Assembly (NCBI GenBank): GCA_973895155.1
Contig: OZ316892.1
Coordinates: forward strand, 28,710,832-28,774,831
Source of the DNA: Marsupella aquatica
Lineage: Eukaryota > Plantae > Marchantiophyta
Length of the DNA: 64,000 bases
Direction: 5' to 3'
Shown here piece by piece: positions 11,952 through 23,849 of the stretch (its first letter is position 1; each line of letters opens with the position of its first letter). Under the pieces are notes generated by a model. That model had not been told where the DNA came from. It searched no databases and saw only the letters and a list, made by a program, of their open reading frames with translations. Made by a program: the position numbers and the translations under genes.

Positions 11952-13142
11952 ATGTTTTTTTCACGCTATGTCTCTTTTTACTTCATCTCCACGTCTTTTG
12001 CATTATTCTCGGCAGCAGCGAATGCCGGTCAATTGCTGCTGCCGAAGCCAAATGGCACTTACGAAGTCGGTGTAGGTACCATGGAATTGATCGACGAGAG
12101 CAGATTCCAGACGTTTGCACCCACTGTTCAGCACCGCACTTTCATGGTATCCTTGTTCTATCCTGTCAGCTCACACAAATCAACCAAGCCAGTCAACTAT
12201 ATGCCACCTGAAACAGCTGCTTTCGAAGATGGCTATCAGCAATCCTACTACGGCCTAGTAACCCCGAACGGCACCTTCGAAAAACTTGCTCTTCAATTGG
12301 CTGGCAAAAGCCATCAGACCCAAGGTACACTTGACTTCCCCATCGTCCTGTTCTCGCCTGCTCAAGGCACCTCCCGCCTGTTCTACAGTGTCATTGCGCA
12401 GACGATTGCAAGCTCGGGTTACATCGTCATTACCATCGACGCACCTTACGACGTCGACATTGTCGAATATCCAGATGGCTCAGTAATTCTCGCCAATCCT
12501 ACAGTCGCCGCCAACCCCACACAAGCCGACGTCGACCTTGCGGTCTCTGTTCGCGCACAAGACGCAAGCTTCGTCCTCGACCAACTCTCTAACGCATCCG
12601 TCATCTCACAGCTGATACCTGGCTCCTCACAAGGCATCAATGTCAGCAAGGTAGCCATGTTCGGACACTCATTTGGCGGCGCGGCAACTGCATCTGCCAT
12701 GCTCAACGACAGCCGTATTGCTGGCGGAGTGGCCATGGATGGTTCTCTCTTTGGCCCCGTCGTCCAGAAGGGCCTTGACAGACCATTCATGTTCATGGCG
12801 CACACCAATCATACGCGTACTAACGACAGCAGCATGGGAGACCCAAGCAACTCATGGTTCGACATTTGGCCCAATCTGCGTGGGTGGAAGCTCGACATCA
12901 TACTCGCAAACTCGGGCCACTACACGTTCTCCGACTATCCCATCGTCTTGGAGACTCTTCGGATTGTTCCCAATGCGACAGCAGCTGCTACCCTGCAGGT
13001 AACAGATCTCAATGGCTCGCGAGCACTGAAGATAGTCACGACATACGTTACTGCGTTTCTGAACATGGTGTTGAAGTGCGAACCGTCATCTCTGCTTCAA
13101 GGTCCTACAGCCGCGTTTCCAGAGGTGACATTCGAACGTTAG
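11952..13142 (+). CDS. Secreted alpha/beta hydrolase, PAF-acetylhydrolase (PAF-AH_p_II-like) family, fungal type
   Basis: Intronless 396-aa ORF with a signal-peptide-like N-terminus. Motifs: LPKPNGTYEVG, MVSLFYP, PIVLFSP, nucleophile GHSFGG, acid MDG, His in GHYTFSD. Confidence 0.85.
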   Translation: MFFSRYVSFYFISTSFALFSAAANAGQLLLPKPNGTYEVGVGTMELIDESRFQTFAPTVQHRTFMVSLFYPVSSHKSTKPVNYMPPETAAFEDGYQQSYYGLVTPNGTFEKLALQLAGKSHQTQGTLDFPIVLFSPAQGTSRLFYSVIAQTIASSGYIVITIDAPYDVDIVEYPDGSVILANPTVAANPTQADVDLAVSVRAQDASFVLDQLSNASVISQLIPGSSQGINVSKVAMFGHSFGGAATASAMLNDSRIAGGVAMDGSLFGPVVQKGLDRPFMFMAHTNHTRTNDSSMGDPSNSWFDIWPNLRGWKLDIILANSGHYTFSDYPIVLETLRIVPNATAAATLQVTDLNGSRALKIVTTYVTAFLNMVLKCEPSSLLQGPTAAFPEVTFER

Positions 13143-13680
13143 GAAGATGAGGGTATAGAAGAGAGGGGTGTTTGATGGGATAAAGGCTGCAGCAATGTGC
13201 AGTGGGATGATGCCAGTAGAACATCCAGCGATAGGCAAAAGTGGAGGAGTAGCTTGAAGTCAATCAACTCATAGCAAGCCACAAGTAATATTCGCACGGC
13301 AAAGGTTCATCAGACTCTCCGCGGCATTCCATTATCTGTAAAATGTTCTCCCATAGCACAACCTGAATTTGGTACCAGGAATTGCAGAGGAGCTGGATCC
13401 GAAGTATCAGTTTGCAGGAGAAGATGGTTACTTGTTTAAGCGAAATAGTTTGTGACCAATTTCGCTTTTCCAATTTACGGAAGCATCGGTCAAAACTACT
13501 TCAACAAAGCATGGTATTATTGTCAGATGGGGTTCACAAATGAAAATTTTGCACAAAGATGGCTGCTTTCCACTAACCACAAGTGCGAAGCTGAGCTACT
13601 AGAGAGTAAGCAGCGAAGGAACCAGTCAGAAAAAAACAAAAATAAATTCTGGAGCCTTTCTTTATACAAGCGACTATTTT

Positions 13681-14538
13681 ATATATATATATCAAACTGC
13701 CAAAAAACAGAAGGTGCCGAACCGAGAGACATGATCCCACAGGCAAAAGACCCAATCAAGGGGGGAAACCACCAAGGGGCCAAGAAAAGCAAACCCAAAG
13801 ACATGAACCCAAACGCCTACCTATCAGCAAACTGGAGAGCCTGGTAAAGCTCCGGTGTGAACTGCATGGGGGGGTCAAGCAAAGGAATCCTACTAGCGGC
13901 CCTAAGACCAACAGTCTCCCCCCTACGAAGAATAGTGAACGCCTGTGCCCGCTGAAGCGCAACAGACACCCTCTGTCTAAAGAATGCAGTGATGACCGAC
14001 ACAGGGGGATAGGGCCTCCGCTCGACGTACTGAACTGCGCAAGAGCGAAGAAAACGGTCAAAGGATGGGTGTAGCGCCCCAAAGACCTCCACGGCAAACG
14101 GGTAGAAGAGGTCCCCGGGGTACCGCACAGCATAGGCCTCCTCCTTCAGCCGAGCTGCCCTCGCGGCGGCATGGCCAGGTATATGAGCCGCCGAAGCCAC
14201 ATTGGCCCCACTAGTCGGATCAGCAACAACGACATCCCCAAGGGCACGAACACCAGCGCGAGAGAATACCAAATCTGCACGACGGCGATCAGAAACCCCA
14301 TCCCGTGGAGGTAACACATGTCTCTGCTCCATCATGACATGGTAACCAGAATCACGGGCAATGGCCGCCACCACGTCCCGAATGTCGTCGTGTGTCGCAG
14401 TCCTCTCACTACCATGACCGCACCTGAGAATGTGAATGCCTTGCCCATCAAGGGGCGCACCACAGACGCAAGTGGGCTGACCCAAGAGGCAAGGGTGAGG
14501 AAGACCCAACCGAAGGCGCGTGGATGTGGTAAAAATAA
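13681..14538 (-). mobile_element. 5'-truncated CRE-like non-LTR retrotransposon (zinc knuckle + restriction-like endonuclease part)
   Basis: ORF 13817-14509 has CxC...H...C, HDDIRD, RRADLV, DVVV, K...Y, PFAVEVFG. It is followed by a GT-rich 3' UTR and a (TA)n tail. Candidate TSD actatttt (13673-13680, 14539-14546). Confidence 0.85.
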
Positions 14539-15044
14539 ACTATTTTGGTCCACGCTTCTTTCAACTTGATGAAGGTTCTCTCAATTATGTTGGGTAACAG
14601 AAGGGGTCTTGCTCTTATAGAAACTATCATTTTTGCTTAGTCCAGGAGAGCGCATGAACCCCCTGAAATGTATGATAACTGAAACAAGGTAATAAATGTG
14701 CTCCCTCGTGGTCTTGGCTGCCGCAGTCACCGTCACCACAACCAACGAGACTCTCACTTCTGGTAACGAGATTGGTATCTCCATATATATTTGTCTGCAT
14801 ACCTGGAGAATGGTCACTTTGTTGGCATTGTACTTAGTTAGAAACGAGAAATTTTGACCATGTAAGTACAGTACTTATTTCAAAAATACCATTACTTCAT
14901 GGACCCCATAAGATAGTCGTTATAATGGACATCCAGGCAGCCTCTGTCCTCTATCTCCGGTCACGACCAATCTTTTCAAATTTTGAAATCGTGACTGAAG
15001 TGTAGGACCTGACTACCCTCAGTAAGGCACAACCAATATTCTTA

Positions 15045-16227
15045 TCTTACTACTATATTACTCTATCCCGCCAAAAGTGGATGTCATCTATTTACAAAAT
15101 CACTTTTGGAGGGAAAATTCCATGACCCTTGGAATTATAAGCCCTTTTATCCTAGCCTTTCATTTGTCAAAAACAATATCTCTAACCCAAGCAAACAAGA
15201 CAAAGTATTTTGGTATGCACAAAGATTCTCTAAGAAGGGGGCATCATGGCATGCGACTCTATGTGAATGTCATGTGTTGCCATTGGAATGGGGGCACTTG
15301 GGACACCATTATGAGGGGATAGGGACTAGGAGACATAAAGGTCAAAGTAGGGAGGGGAATTAACGAGACACCCATGGGTGAATGAACAGTATCATACCCT
15401 CCCATAAGTACAAGATAGGGGATAAGACAAAGTGGAGCAAAGGGAGGTGAAAATAAAGACAATAGTAAGGCAATAAGGCAATAAGAGGAGAAAAGGAGGA
15501 GAAAGGGGACACCCTTTCCTTTCATTGGGGTTTTTTTTAGGGGGGAGAAGGGAGAGGCAGCCCAAGAGAAAGGGGGGAGAGGAGGCAATTGAGGAGGGGG
15601 GTTGTCACCCTCCACCTAGAGTTGTGTAAATGTGTCTGCTTCTTCTGTTATCCTCACCTATCTTCTTTATCACTTTTGTAACAATATGTTTTTGACATCT
15701 TTTCTCCTCCATCAACATCTTTTCCTAACCTCAACATAGTTTTCTTGCCTTTACATCTTCTAATCATCTCAACATCTTTTCTCCCCTCTACTTCTTTTGC
15801 ACTCCTCAACATCATTTTGTCTCCTCAACATGTTTTCTCACCTCAACATTTTATCTTTTTTTCATCTCGTCATCTTTTTCTCACTTTGACATCTTTTTCT
15901 TGTCTTAACATCTTTTATCTCATATTGACATCTTTATCTCATCATGACATATTTTTCTCTCTTCGACATCTTTTCTCACCTCTACTTCTTTTATCTCATC
16001 TTGCCATCTTTTTCTCACCTTGACATTTTTATTTCATCACATAATCTTTTTTCGGTCTCTTGACATCTTTTTCTCATCTTAACATCTTTATTCACCTGGA
16101 CTTCTTTTTCCTCACTTCAACATTTTTTTTCACTTCAAAATCTTTTTTTCACTTCAAAATCTTTTTTTCACTTCAAAATCTTTCTTCACCTTGACATCTT
16201 TTGCGCAATGCACACGCATGGGGCTAG
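15045..16227 (+). mobile_element. Non-autonomous Helitron-like element
   Basis: A|TCTTACTACTATATTA 5' end and ...gcgcaatgcacacgcatggggCTAG|T 3' end. Internal array of acatctttt-type short repeats at 15690-16200. Confidence 0.6.
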
Positions 16228-17307
16228 TCATTTTAGATTACCCTAGAAAATTGTCTCATAATTCAAGGGCGTATACACATTTTTTTATGTAAAGCATAGG
16301 ACCGAGGTTCTTCCGAAGTGCGTTCAACTACTGTTGCCTTCAATGGCGCATTGTGACCTCGTGATAGGCAAAACTCAATTTCTGAAGCTTATCAAGTGCT
16401 CGTCTAGCTGATTTCCTTGTATATCGTTCGAAGTGCTCGTTATTTCTTTTATGAGGTTAGCTTCATTTTCTCGACAACGGTTTTTGTGTCACATCTGTTT
16501 TTAGTCAAGACTAGCTTTCGCTTGAATCTTGACACACTATTCATGCAGGCGGGTTGTTACAGTCCATATGTAGCTACAGGAGTGCTGTTGTGTGTCTCGA
16601 TGCCTATCTATTGATATTTCCAATATAATCAATCTTGGAACAAGACTTTAAAATTTTGCATTCCCAGAGTCTTACCATCTGAATGAATATCGGGCTCTCG
16701 CCGGTTAAGATCGTATGAACTTTGATCAGGCAGAAAAAGCTTTCGATTTGTATCCGGTACAAGTGTCTCAATGAATATATATTTAGATGGTCGAACTCAA
16801 CTGAAAACCCTGAAATGTTTAGAATGCAAACACCTCTCTCGTTGCTAGGCTGCACATTAACTTGATGATTAACCTGAAACGCAGATTAATATTTGCATGT
16901 GATGCTTCACACTGAAATTAGAAAATGACGGTCACTTTCAACTAGTCTTCCTGAAAATGCACCAAATGCGTAACTGGACTGTCTCCCTTTAAACTTGCTG
17001 CCACGAGAATTGTCTATTGTCCTAGTAGAAAGGATTTCTCATGGGACTAGTGATTCTCGTCCAATGCAACTTATTCACTAACAATTTCAACAGGCATTCG
17101 ACTCAACCTTGGGCTCAGGTGTCTATTTCTATGCGAGCGATCACAAAGTGTACATAGAAATTAAATTAGATTCGAGTTTTGTTCTATTTTGATTTAGTAA
17201 CTGTCGGTGTGTTATTCTTTACCAGTAGTAGCAGTGCCTCAAATCCAACAGTTATATCTATCAGAATGGAAGGTATTCTGATCGGAAGCAGACAAACTTA
17301 ATATAGC

Positions 17308-17509
17308 TACACGGATGGATAAGACACTAATTATGTACCGTCATTTTGTATGTTTGGAGTTCCTTTCTTGTTGATTCTTAGAGTTGCATCCGAAATGGGA
17401 TACACGTTACACGGATGGATAAGACACTAATTATGTACCGTCATTTTGTATGTTTGGAGTTCCTTTCTTGTTGATTCTTAGAGTTGCATCCGAAATGGGA
17501 TACACGTTA
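17308..17509. repeat. Perfect 100-bp tandem duplication
   Basis: 17308-17407 is identical to 17408-17507. Confidence 0.95.
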
Positions 17510-19750
17510 TCCCAGTTGGGATTCAACTCAGAGTTTTAGACGTTTGGAGTTTAGGCTCTAGGGTGCGATCGATTTGAAGCTACATACTAACGATCGTTAC
17601 CTAGAACAATCGTCGTCTACACACTACTCTCACAAATCGTTTGCTCCAGTAGTCAAATTGAATAGAAGGAGCTGAATCAACTGCTTATGTAAATAGAGGG
17701 GGTTTGAGTTATTAAACTCGATCGATTGAAGTAAATCCCCACAGATTTCAATTGGAGCTCCAATCAGTACAAAATGGCAACAATGGAATTGAACAAAATA
17801 TACCGTGCTAAGGAGAATTCCTTACTGATGCACAAGTATAATTCGAAAATTCTACCAAGGCAGTTTCTGATCTCTATGTCTACATTCGCTCCGCTGGCCT
17901 CACACTAGAACTCTACAACTCTCGTAAAGAGCGATACGGCCATTGAAAAGAGTTTCGAATTGTGTAAAACTTTCATCTACAGTACTGAAAGAATAACTAC
18001 TCACCACCGAAGCCTCCACGCTTCCCACTTAGAACTCCAGAAGCGCCTATCCATATCTTAACGGGGCAACCTTCTATGGTTCTCTCGCAAATATGGTACA
18101 ATCATCACATTTTTACTACTAGTAGCTGGATTCCAACGTACTCCAAATTCCCATATTTTGTTTCGAAAGACATTCTGGCAGCTGCCACAGCACTTGAATT
18201 CTCTAAGATTTTATGCCATTCGTACTAAAAAAATTGAGAGGCATCTAGCCAGTTAAATTTTACCTTGTAGAGACATTCAGATCGTCTTCCGTAACGAAAT
18301 GTATATTATTCACATGCAGTCTATGTACACCCCTGAGTCACGAAGGCCTTCTTTCATGCGTCTCACTCGAAAATGTAAAACTCGGATCCTCTAAAATTAT
18401 TGCAAGCTGTCAAAATTTAGGGTTAAACCCTATGGGCCAAGAGAGTACAACCATGGAATCAAATTCCAGGGCACCCACCAGGTGTACAATACAAGGTTCA
18501 GCTTTTGGCCATGTGCCATGCAATTCTCGTCTTCAAGCTAAAGTTAGCTAGAAGCTGTTGAAAATCAAAGCAAATTTCATGCAAATAGAGAAGAGCTTCC
18601 GCCAACGCAAATCAATAGGTTTAGCGAAGCTCCTGCAGGCTGTTGTCTATGAGATGCTCCTTCTTGTCCCGTTAATCTCTGCAATGTGTGTAGAGCTGCT
18701 GATCATCCGGTCCAATTTTTTGAACCAAACGACCTGGAGCAGTATTCACTCATTGTAACACGTGCATACTCTGCTGTTGAAGAGCTTTCATTGTATGCTC
18801 TGAGTGGACGTCAATCTCATCAAATCCAGCTTTTCTAAGCTCAGCGCAAAATTGTGTCAGTAGTAATAAAGCATATCCTTCCCATAGCTTCATAGGAAAG
18901 CGTAAATCAGGAAAAAGGTAGGGTTTGACATGAGCTCTTCTATCCCAGCGAAGAGAAATCTTCTAGATAGGTACTACACCCTCCGTAGAAAGCCGATGCT
19001 GCCATTAGTTTTGGACCCTGATGCGGTGAAGCTCATGTCAACATAAATGTAGGAGTTCAGCAGGAGCTTGGATGCTTGAGAGGTGCTTTCTGAATTTGAG
19101 ACCTCCATGAACTGTTTTGAACGCTTGGATGCCACACTACACCCAACAAATTCTTCCTCGAAAGCTGAGCACTTGCTGGACGAATGCTCATTGAAGCTGT
19201 GAGACCATCTGCACCTGAGAAGTCTGCAGAGGTCGTCATCCTAACCGCCGATAGGAACAACGGCTGTCTGTATTTCTCACACTTCTCACTCTTCCAGCGA
19301 CCATAACATGTCCCAGCAAACATATGGAAAGCCACCCAGCCCACGCGTTCTTCCAGGATTCCTTGTGCGAAGCTGTGACCAGCACAGGATACCAAAATTT
19401 TTGAACCTACACGACAGGAGCAGGAAATTCTCTAGTGAGTCAGTCATCATTGAAAGATGGTAAAGGTTCAAACGTACGTTCACAAACGACGAGTCCAAAA
19501 TTCCTATGAATACCACACAACATTGGATTGTAAAATAGTACATCTCATATAGGAGTTGTAACGTATGGCAGTGAGTGATAGAGTCCATCCTGTTTCTATA
19601 ATGCAAAACACTCCAAAAGATACTGCAAAGCTTTGCATTCAAACTGCGTATGTCTGATGCCGGGTTACCTGCTTCAATGATAGAAACAACGAGCTCTCTG
19701 CTTCCTTTGAAAACTCCAGGAGAAGCTACACAAGGCTGAATTGATTTCAA

Positions 19751-21500
19751 TTATACGGGCTTCCAAAACGGCAGAACTTTCTTCTGCTTGTTGGCGCAAT
19801 CAACAAACCGAGAACCAGCCAGCATTTTAAAAGGAGGAACAAGGAGGTTATCCTTGTTTTTGTAATACTCTTCACCATTGACCGCAGTGACTGGAGCTGG
19901 ATACTTGAGAGAAAGTTGCTGTTTATTGTTCAAAATGGTCACGTACAGAAAGTCCCGGCACACCTCTTTAATGAGGTCCCTCATTTCTATGTTGTCTGTC
20001 CATTTCCTTGGAATTGCAGCTTCTCCATATAATGCCCCTACCAGATTTCCTGTGATGGCACCTGTGCTATCTGAATCTCCACCGTGATTCACTGAGTAGC
20101 GGAGTGCCTGCTCCACATCTTTATCCTTTTGGGTAATAAGAGCACAGTAAAGGGAAAATCCCAAAGCTTCTTCAGCGACAACACCTCGTCCCAAGCTTTC
20201 TAAGTGTCTCAAAACAACCTTTTGCTTGAGGAGTTCTGCTTCGGTTGTAGGCTCTGTCTCCTCAAACTCTTGCAAGAACTCCAAGGCCAGCTTCTTGGCT
20301 TCAACCATCTTGTAAAGAGTCTCTTCATGATTCGGCTCGTTCTCCAGAAGTTCTATCGTTTGGTTTATGGCGTGGACGAGCATATCACCTGTAAATTACA
20401 CTTCATACGCTTTAACTTGAGCGTTTTTGGTTCACCGAAAAGACAATTGACTACCTAGAAAATGATTAGAAAAGTTAAAAGGTCTGGACGTACCTGACAG
20501 AATTCTTGAGATTATAGCTGCTAGACAACCAGAAGCGAGCCATCCCGAAGGATGAGTATGGGTAATGGCGGCAGCCAAGCAACCCAATTTGAAGGCGAGC
20601 TCTGCCCTTTCATTATGTGAAAAGAAGGAAAATGCACTATGCACAAATAGCCCGCATGGGGCAACTCGCTTTATCCCACCGCAACCTGAAACTCAATGAT
20701 GTCTGTTGTGAGTTGAAGCAGAAAATTGCGGGACGGTGAGTGACCAATTGACGTTTTGATTTCCTATTTAATGAGTAGGCAGGCTAAGCAATAACGATGA
20801 TACCTTTGCTCTGGTTAATCTCATTGTAGGTGGTGCCAATAGCTCCACTCTTTAAACTCTTTCTGCACGTCTGTCCTGGACCTCTTCTGTGCTGTAATCC
20901 TTCTTCATTCACTAGCATTCCCTTGTCCTTCACCTCATGGAACAGAGGGCTTTGGGACTCTTCGCTCTGTGTGGCCAACCACCTCAAGTATGATTGATGA
21001 AGGCCAGGGAGAGCATCTTCCGCTTGAAATGTACTCAGATCTGTGTTCCATGAGAGAAGTGACAGGATGGTTGACAGCAATCCTTCCGCAGTGAACAATG
21101 TCATCTGAGTGTCGTCTGTGAATGTGGCCTTCCCGTCCACTGTGATGATAAGCTCTCTTGTTCCTGCATGGAGACCAATATTTGGAACTTTGTGAGCACA
21201 GGACAGGCCGGACGCTGAGCTTGCTTGCAATACCCTTGAAGCACGGAGAAGGAAAGAAATGTGGTTGATGAGCAAGTGGTTAATCTGTTACATCCATTCA
21301 CGGAGAGAAATGTGAAAACCGGTGAGAAACATGCACTTGCAAAAGAGGAAGCCAGAAAGAGCTGTCCCACCTAACGGACCATACTCTTGAAAAATCTGGT
21401 CCAAGTCTAGAAGCTCGACCGGCTCTCCCAAAGCATCTCCACAAGCTCCGGCTAGCAAGCACCCCGCAAATCGGTCCTCTAAAGTAAATTCGTTAGCCAT
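19751..21500 (-). CDS. ADP-ribosylglycohydrolase (ARH/DraG family), 4 exons: 21500-21371, 21163-20804, 20685-20494, 20388-19751 (439 aa)
   Basis: Motifs [70 protein letters not shown] introns give a 1320-nt in-frame CDS. Confidence 0.9.
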
Positions 21501-22741
21501 GGTAACTGCAACAACAACAAAATAGCTCTTATCGTCATCTACGTGGATACTAGCAGAAGGGTGCACCTGTTATGAAGTATACCCTGTCATTGCATCAAAC
21601 ACATTAATTGAGTAAAGCCTTCCACTGTTACGAAGGTGACGAAGAAAACACTTAGAAATGCCCCTTTGATGTGACCAGCGTAAAGTTTACTTTGGAGCCA
21701 TTCAGTGAACCGGAAAAGTTCGTACCCTCATCGTCCCTATCGTCACATTTCACACGAGCTCTCTTAAGAGAGTCAGAGCGGAAGAACTATACCTGCTTCA
21801 CACGCCCGCCCGTCCACAGGAACTCTTCCACCGCAATTCGCTGACAATTAATTGATTGCGAGAACACTTGAATTTCAAGCCGATTGTGGAAAATCAACCC
21901 GCTATGCAGCCAGCCAACGAGCCAAAATATCCGAACGAGGGATGAAACGGTCTCGCGAGACAAGACAGAACGATTGCCGGCAGCAACAACACCGAATCGA
22001 GCAGTCTATCAATCAATCACTGGTTACACCGTTGAACAGAGCGCGAATAGGCGAGAAGCTGTGAAGACCAGAGAAAGGATCGTAATGGAGCGGACAAATG
22101 AGCCGGGCGGGGCATCGAAGACCAAAAAAAACAAGAGAAGAAACGGAAAGAGCGGCGAAGCACAGGAAGAAACAGGAGCGGAGCAAAGAAGAAGAGAACC
22201 AGAGCTCACTCCGCCGAACAAATCGGCAGGAGGCGAGAAGCTGAGATCACTCGCGAAACTTTGATCGTCGACCTGCCGCAATTCATCTGAGCCCCAACAG
22301 GAGCGCAAATTCAACGGCGAGGTATCGAAGAACCAAACAAAAAAAAAAACCACACGAGAAGAGCAGAGCTCACTCCGCCGAGCACAGCGCCAAGATGCGA
22401 CAAGCTCAGAAGCCGAGAAAAGGGGTCCTCATGAAACCAGACCGGCCGCGATTCATCTTCTCGACATTAACGGAGCAGAAACTCTACTCGAGGCGCGTAA
22501 CAGACAATTGAAAGCGAAGGACGGAGCGAAGAGCACTAGAAACAGGAGAGCAGAGGAGGAGATGAGAGGACGACACGGATTCCTTTTAAACACTTGTGAC
22601 AGTCATCGACGCACAAGAAGAAGACGGCACTAGAGTCTTCGTCACCTTAATCTTAATTTTTAAAGGTTTTTTTTTCTTTTCCTCAGGGTGGCGAATGTTA
22701 CCGTGTATGAAGATGCTAGGAATATTCATTAAGACCCTTAC

Positions 22742-23529
22742 ATCTCCCTGGATTTAAGAGTCACCGTCAGATTCTGGGTAGGGCCAATGTCACCTAGTGA
22801 ACAAGAGAAATGCTAATAATAACATTACTTATCTAATTTTCCTAGATTAATTTCTAACCCTTTGATCTCCCCAGATTAAAGATCACCCTCCGATGCTGAA
22901 TAAGGGGTCTGTGGGTGGGTGGGTGGGAAACTAGCTAATGACAACAGTTAGATCTCCCTTGATTTAAGAGTCACAGTCAGATTTTGGGTAGGGCCAATGT
23001 CACCTAGTGAAAAAGAGAAATGCTAATAATAACATTACTTATCTAATTTTCCTAGATTAATTTCTGACCCCTTGATCTCCCCAGATTAAAGATCACCCTC
23101 TGATGCTGAATAAGGGGTCTGTGGGTGGGTGGGTGGGTGGGAAACTAGCTAATGACAACAGTTAGATCTCCCTGGATTTAAGAGTCACAGTAGGATTTTG
23201 GGTAGGGCCAATGTCACCTAGTGAAAAAGAGAAATGCTAATAACATTTCTTATCTAATTTTCCTAGATTAATTTCTGACCCTTTGATCTCCCCAGATTAA
23301 AGATTGCCCTCCAATGCTGAATAAGGGGTCTGTGGGTGGATGGGAAACTGGCTAATGACAACAGTTAGATCTCCCTGGATTTAAGTATCACCGTCAGATT
23401 TTGGGTAGGGCCAATGTCACCTAGTGAAAAAGAGAAATGCTAATAACATTACTTAGCAAATTTTCCTAGATTAATTTCTCACCCTTTGATCTCCCCAGAT
23501 TAAAGATCACCCTCCGATGCTGAATAAGG
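22742..23529. repeat. ~210-bp tandem repeat, ~3.8 copies
   Basis: Units start at 22742, 22952, 23166 and 23369 (atctccc.ggatttaagagtcac). A related fragment lies near 48250. Confidence 0.9.
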
Positions 23530-23849
23530 ACTCTAGATCAAAAACGTGCTATTGGTGCCGACAGCAATGCTCACAAAAGAAAGCTTTGTTACACATTTTG
23601 GACCAGCACATGAATCCACTCTCAGATATCATTGTTTGAACAGCGTGTGTCTTCCGTGGCATCACAATACTAAACTCACCTGCAGGGAGAACATGCTCTC
23701 AAGGGCAAAGAAATGTATTATCAATTGCTTTTGGCCACACAATGTGTTTTGCTCACCAATTACATTCATAAATAGCACAATTCTAGCAACTTATTTGTAG
23801 CAAGATCACTAATTGTTGTAGATATCAACTGAAATAGAAGCTCCTGGAC

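Noticed and set aside
17770-19500. Coding-like fragments including LRKAGFDEIDV (methyltransferase-like tail)
   Set aside because: Single short motif amid stops, and no SAM-binding motif found.
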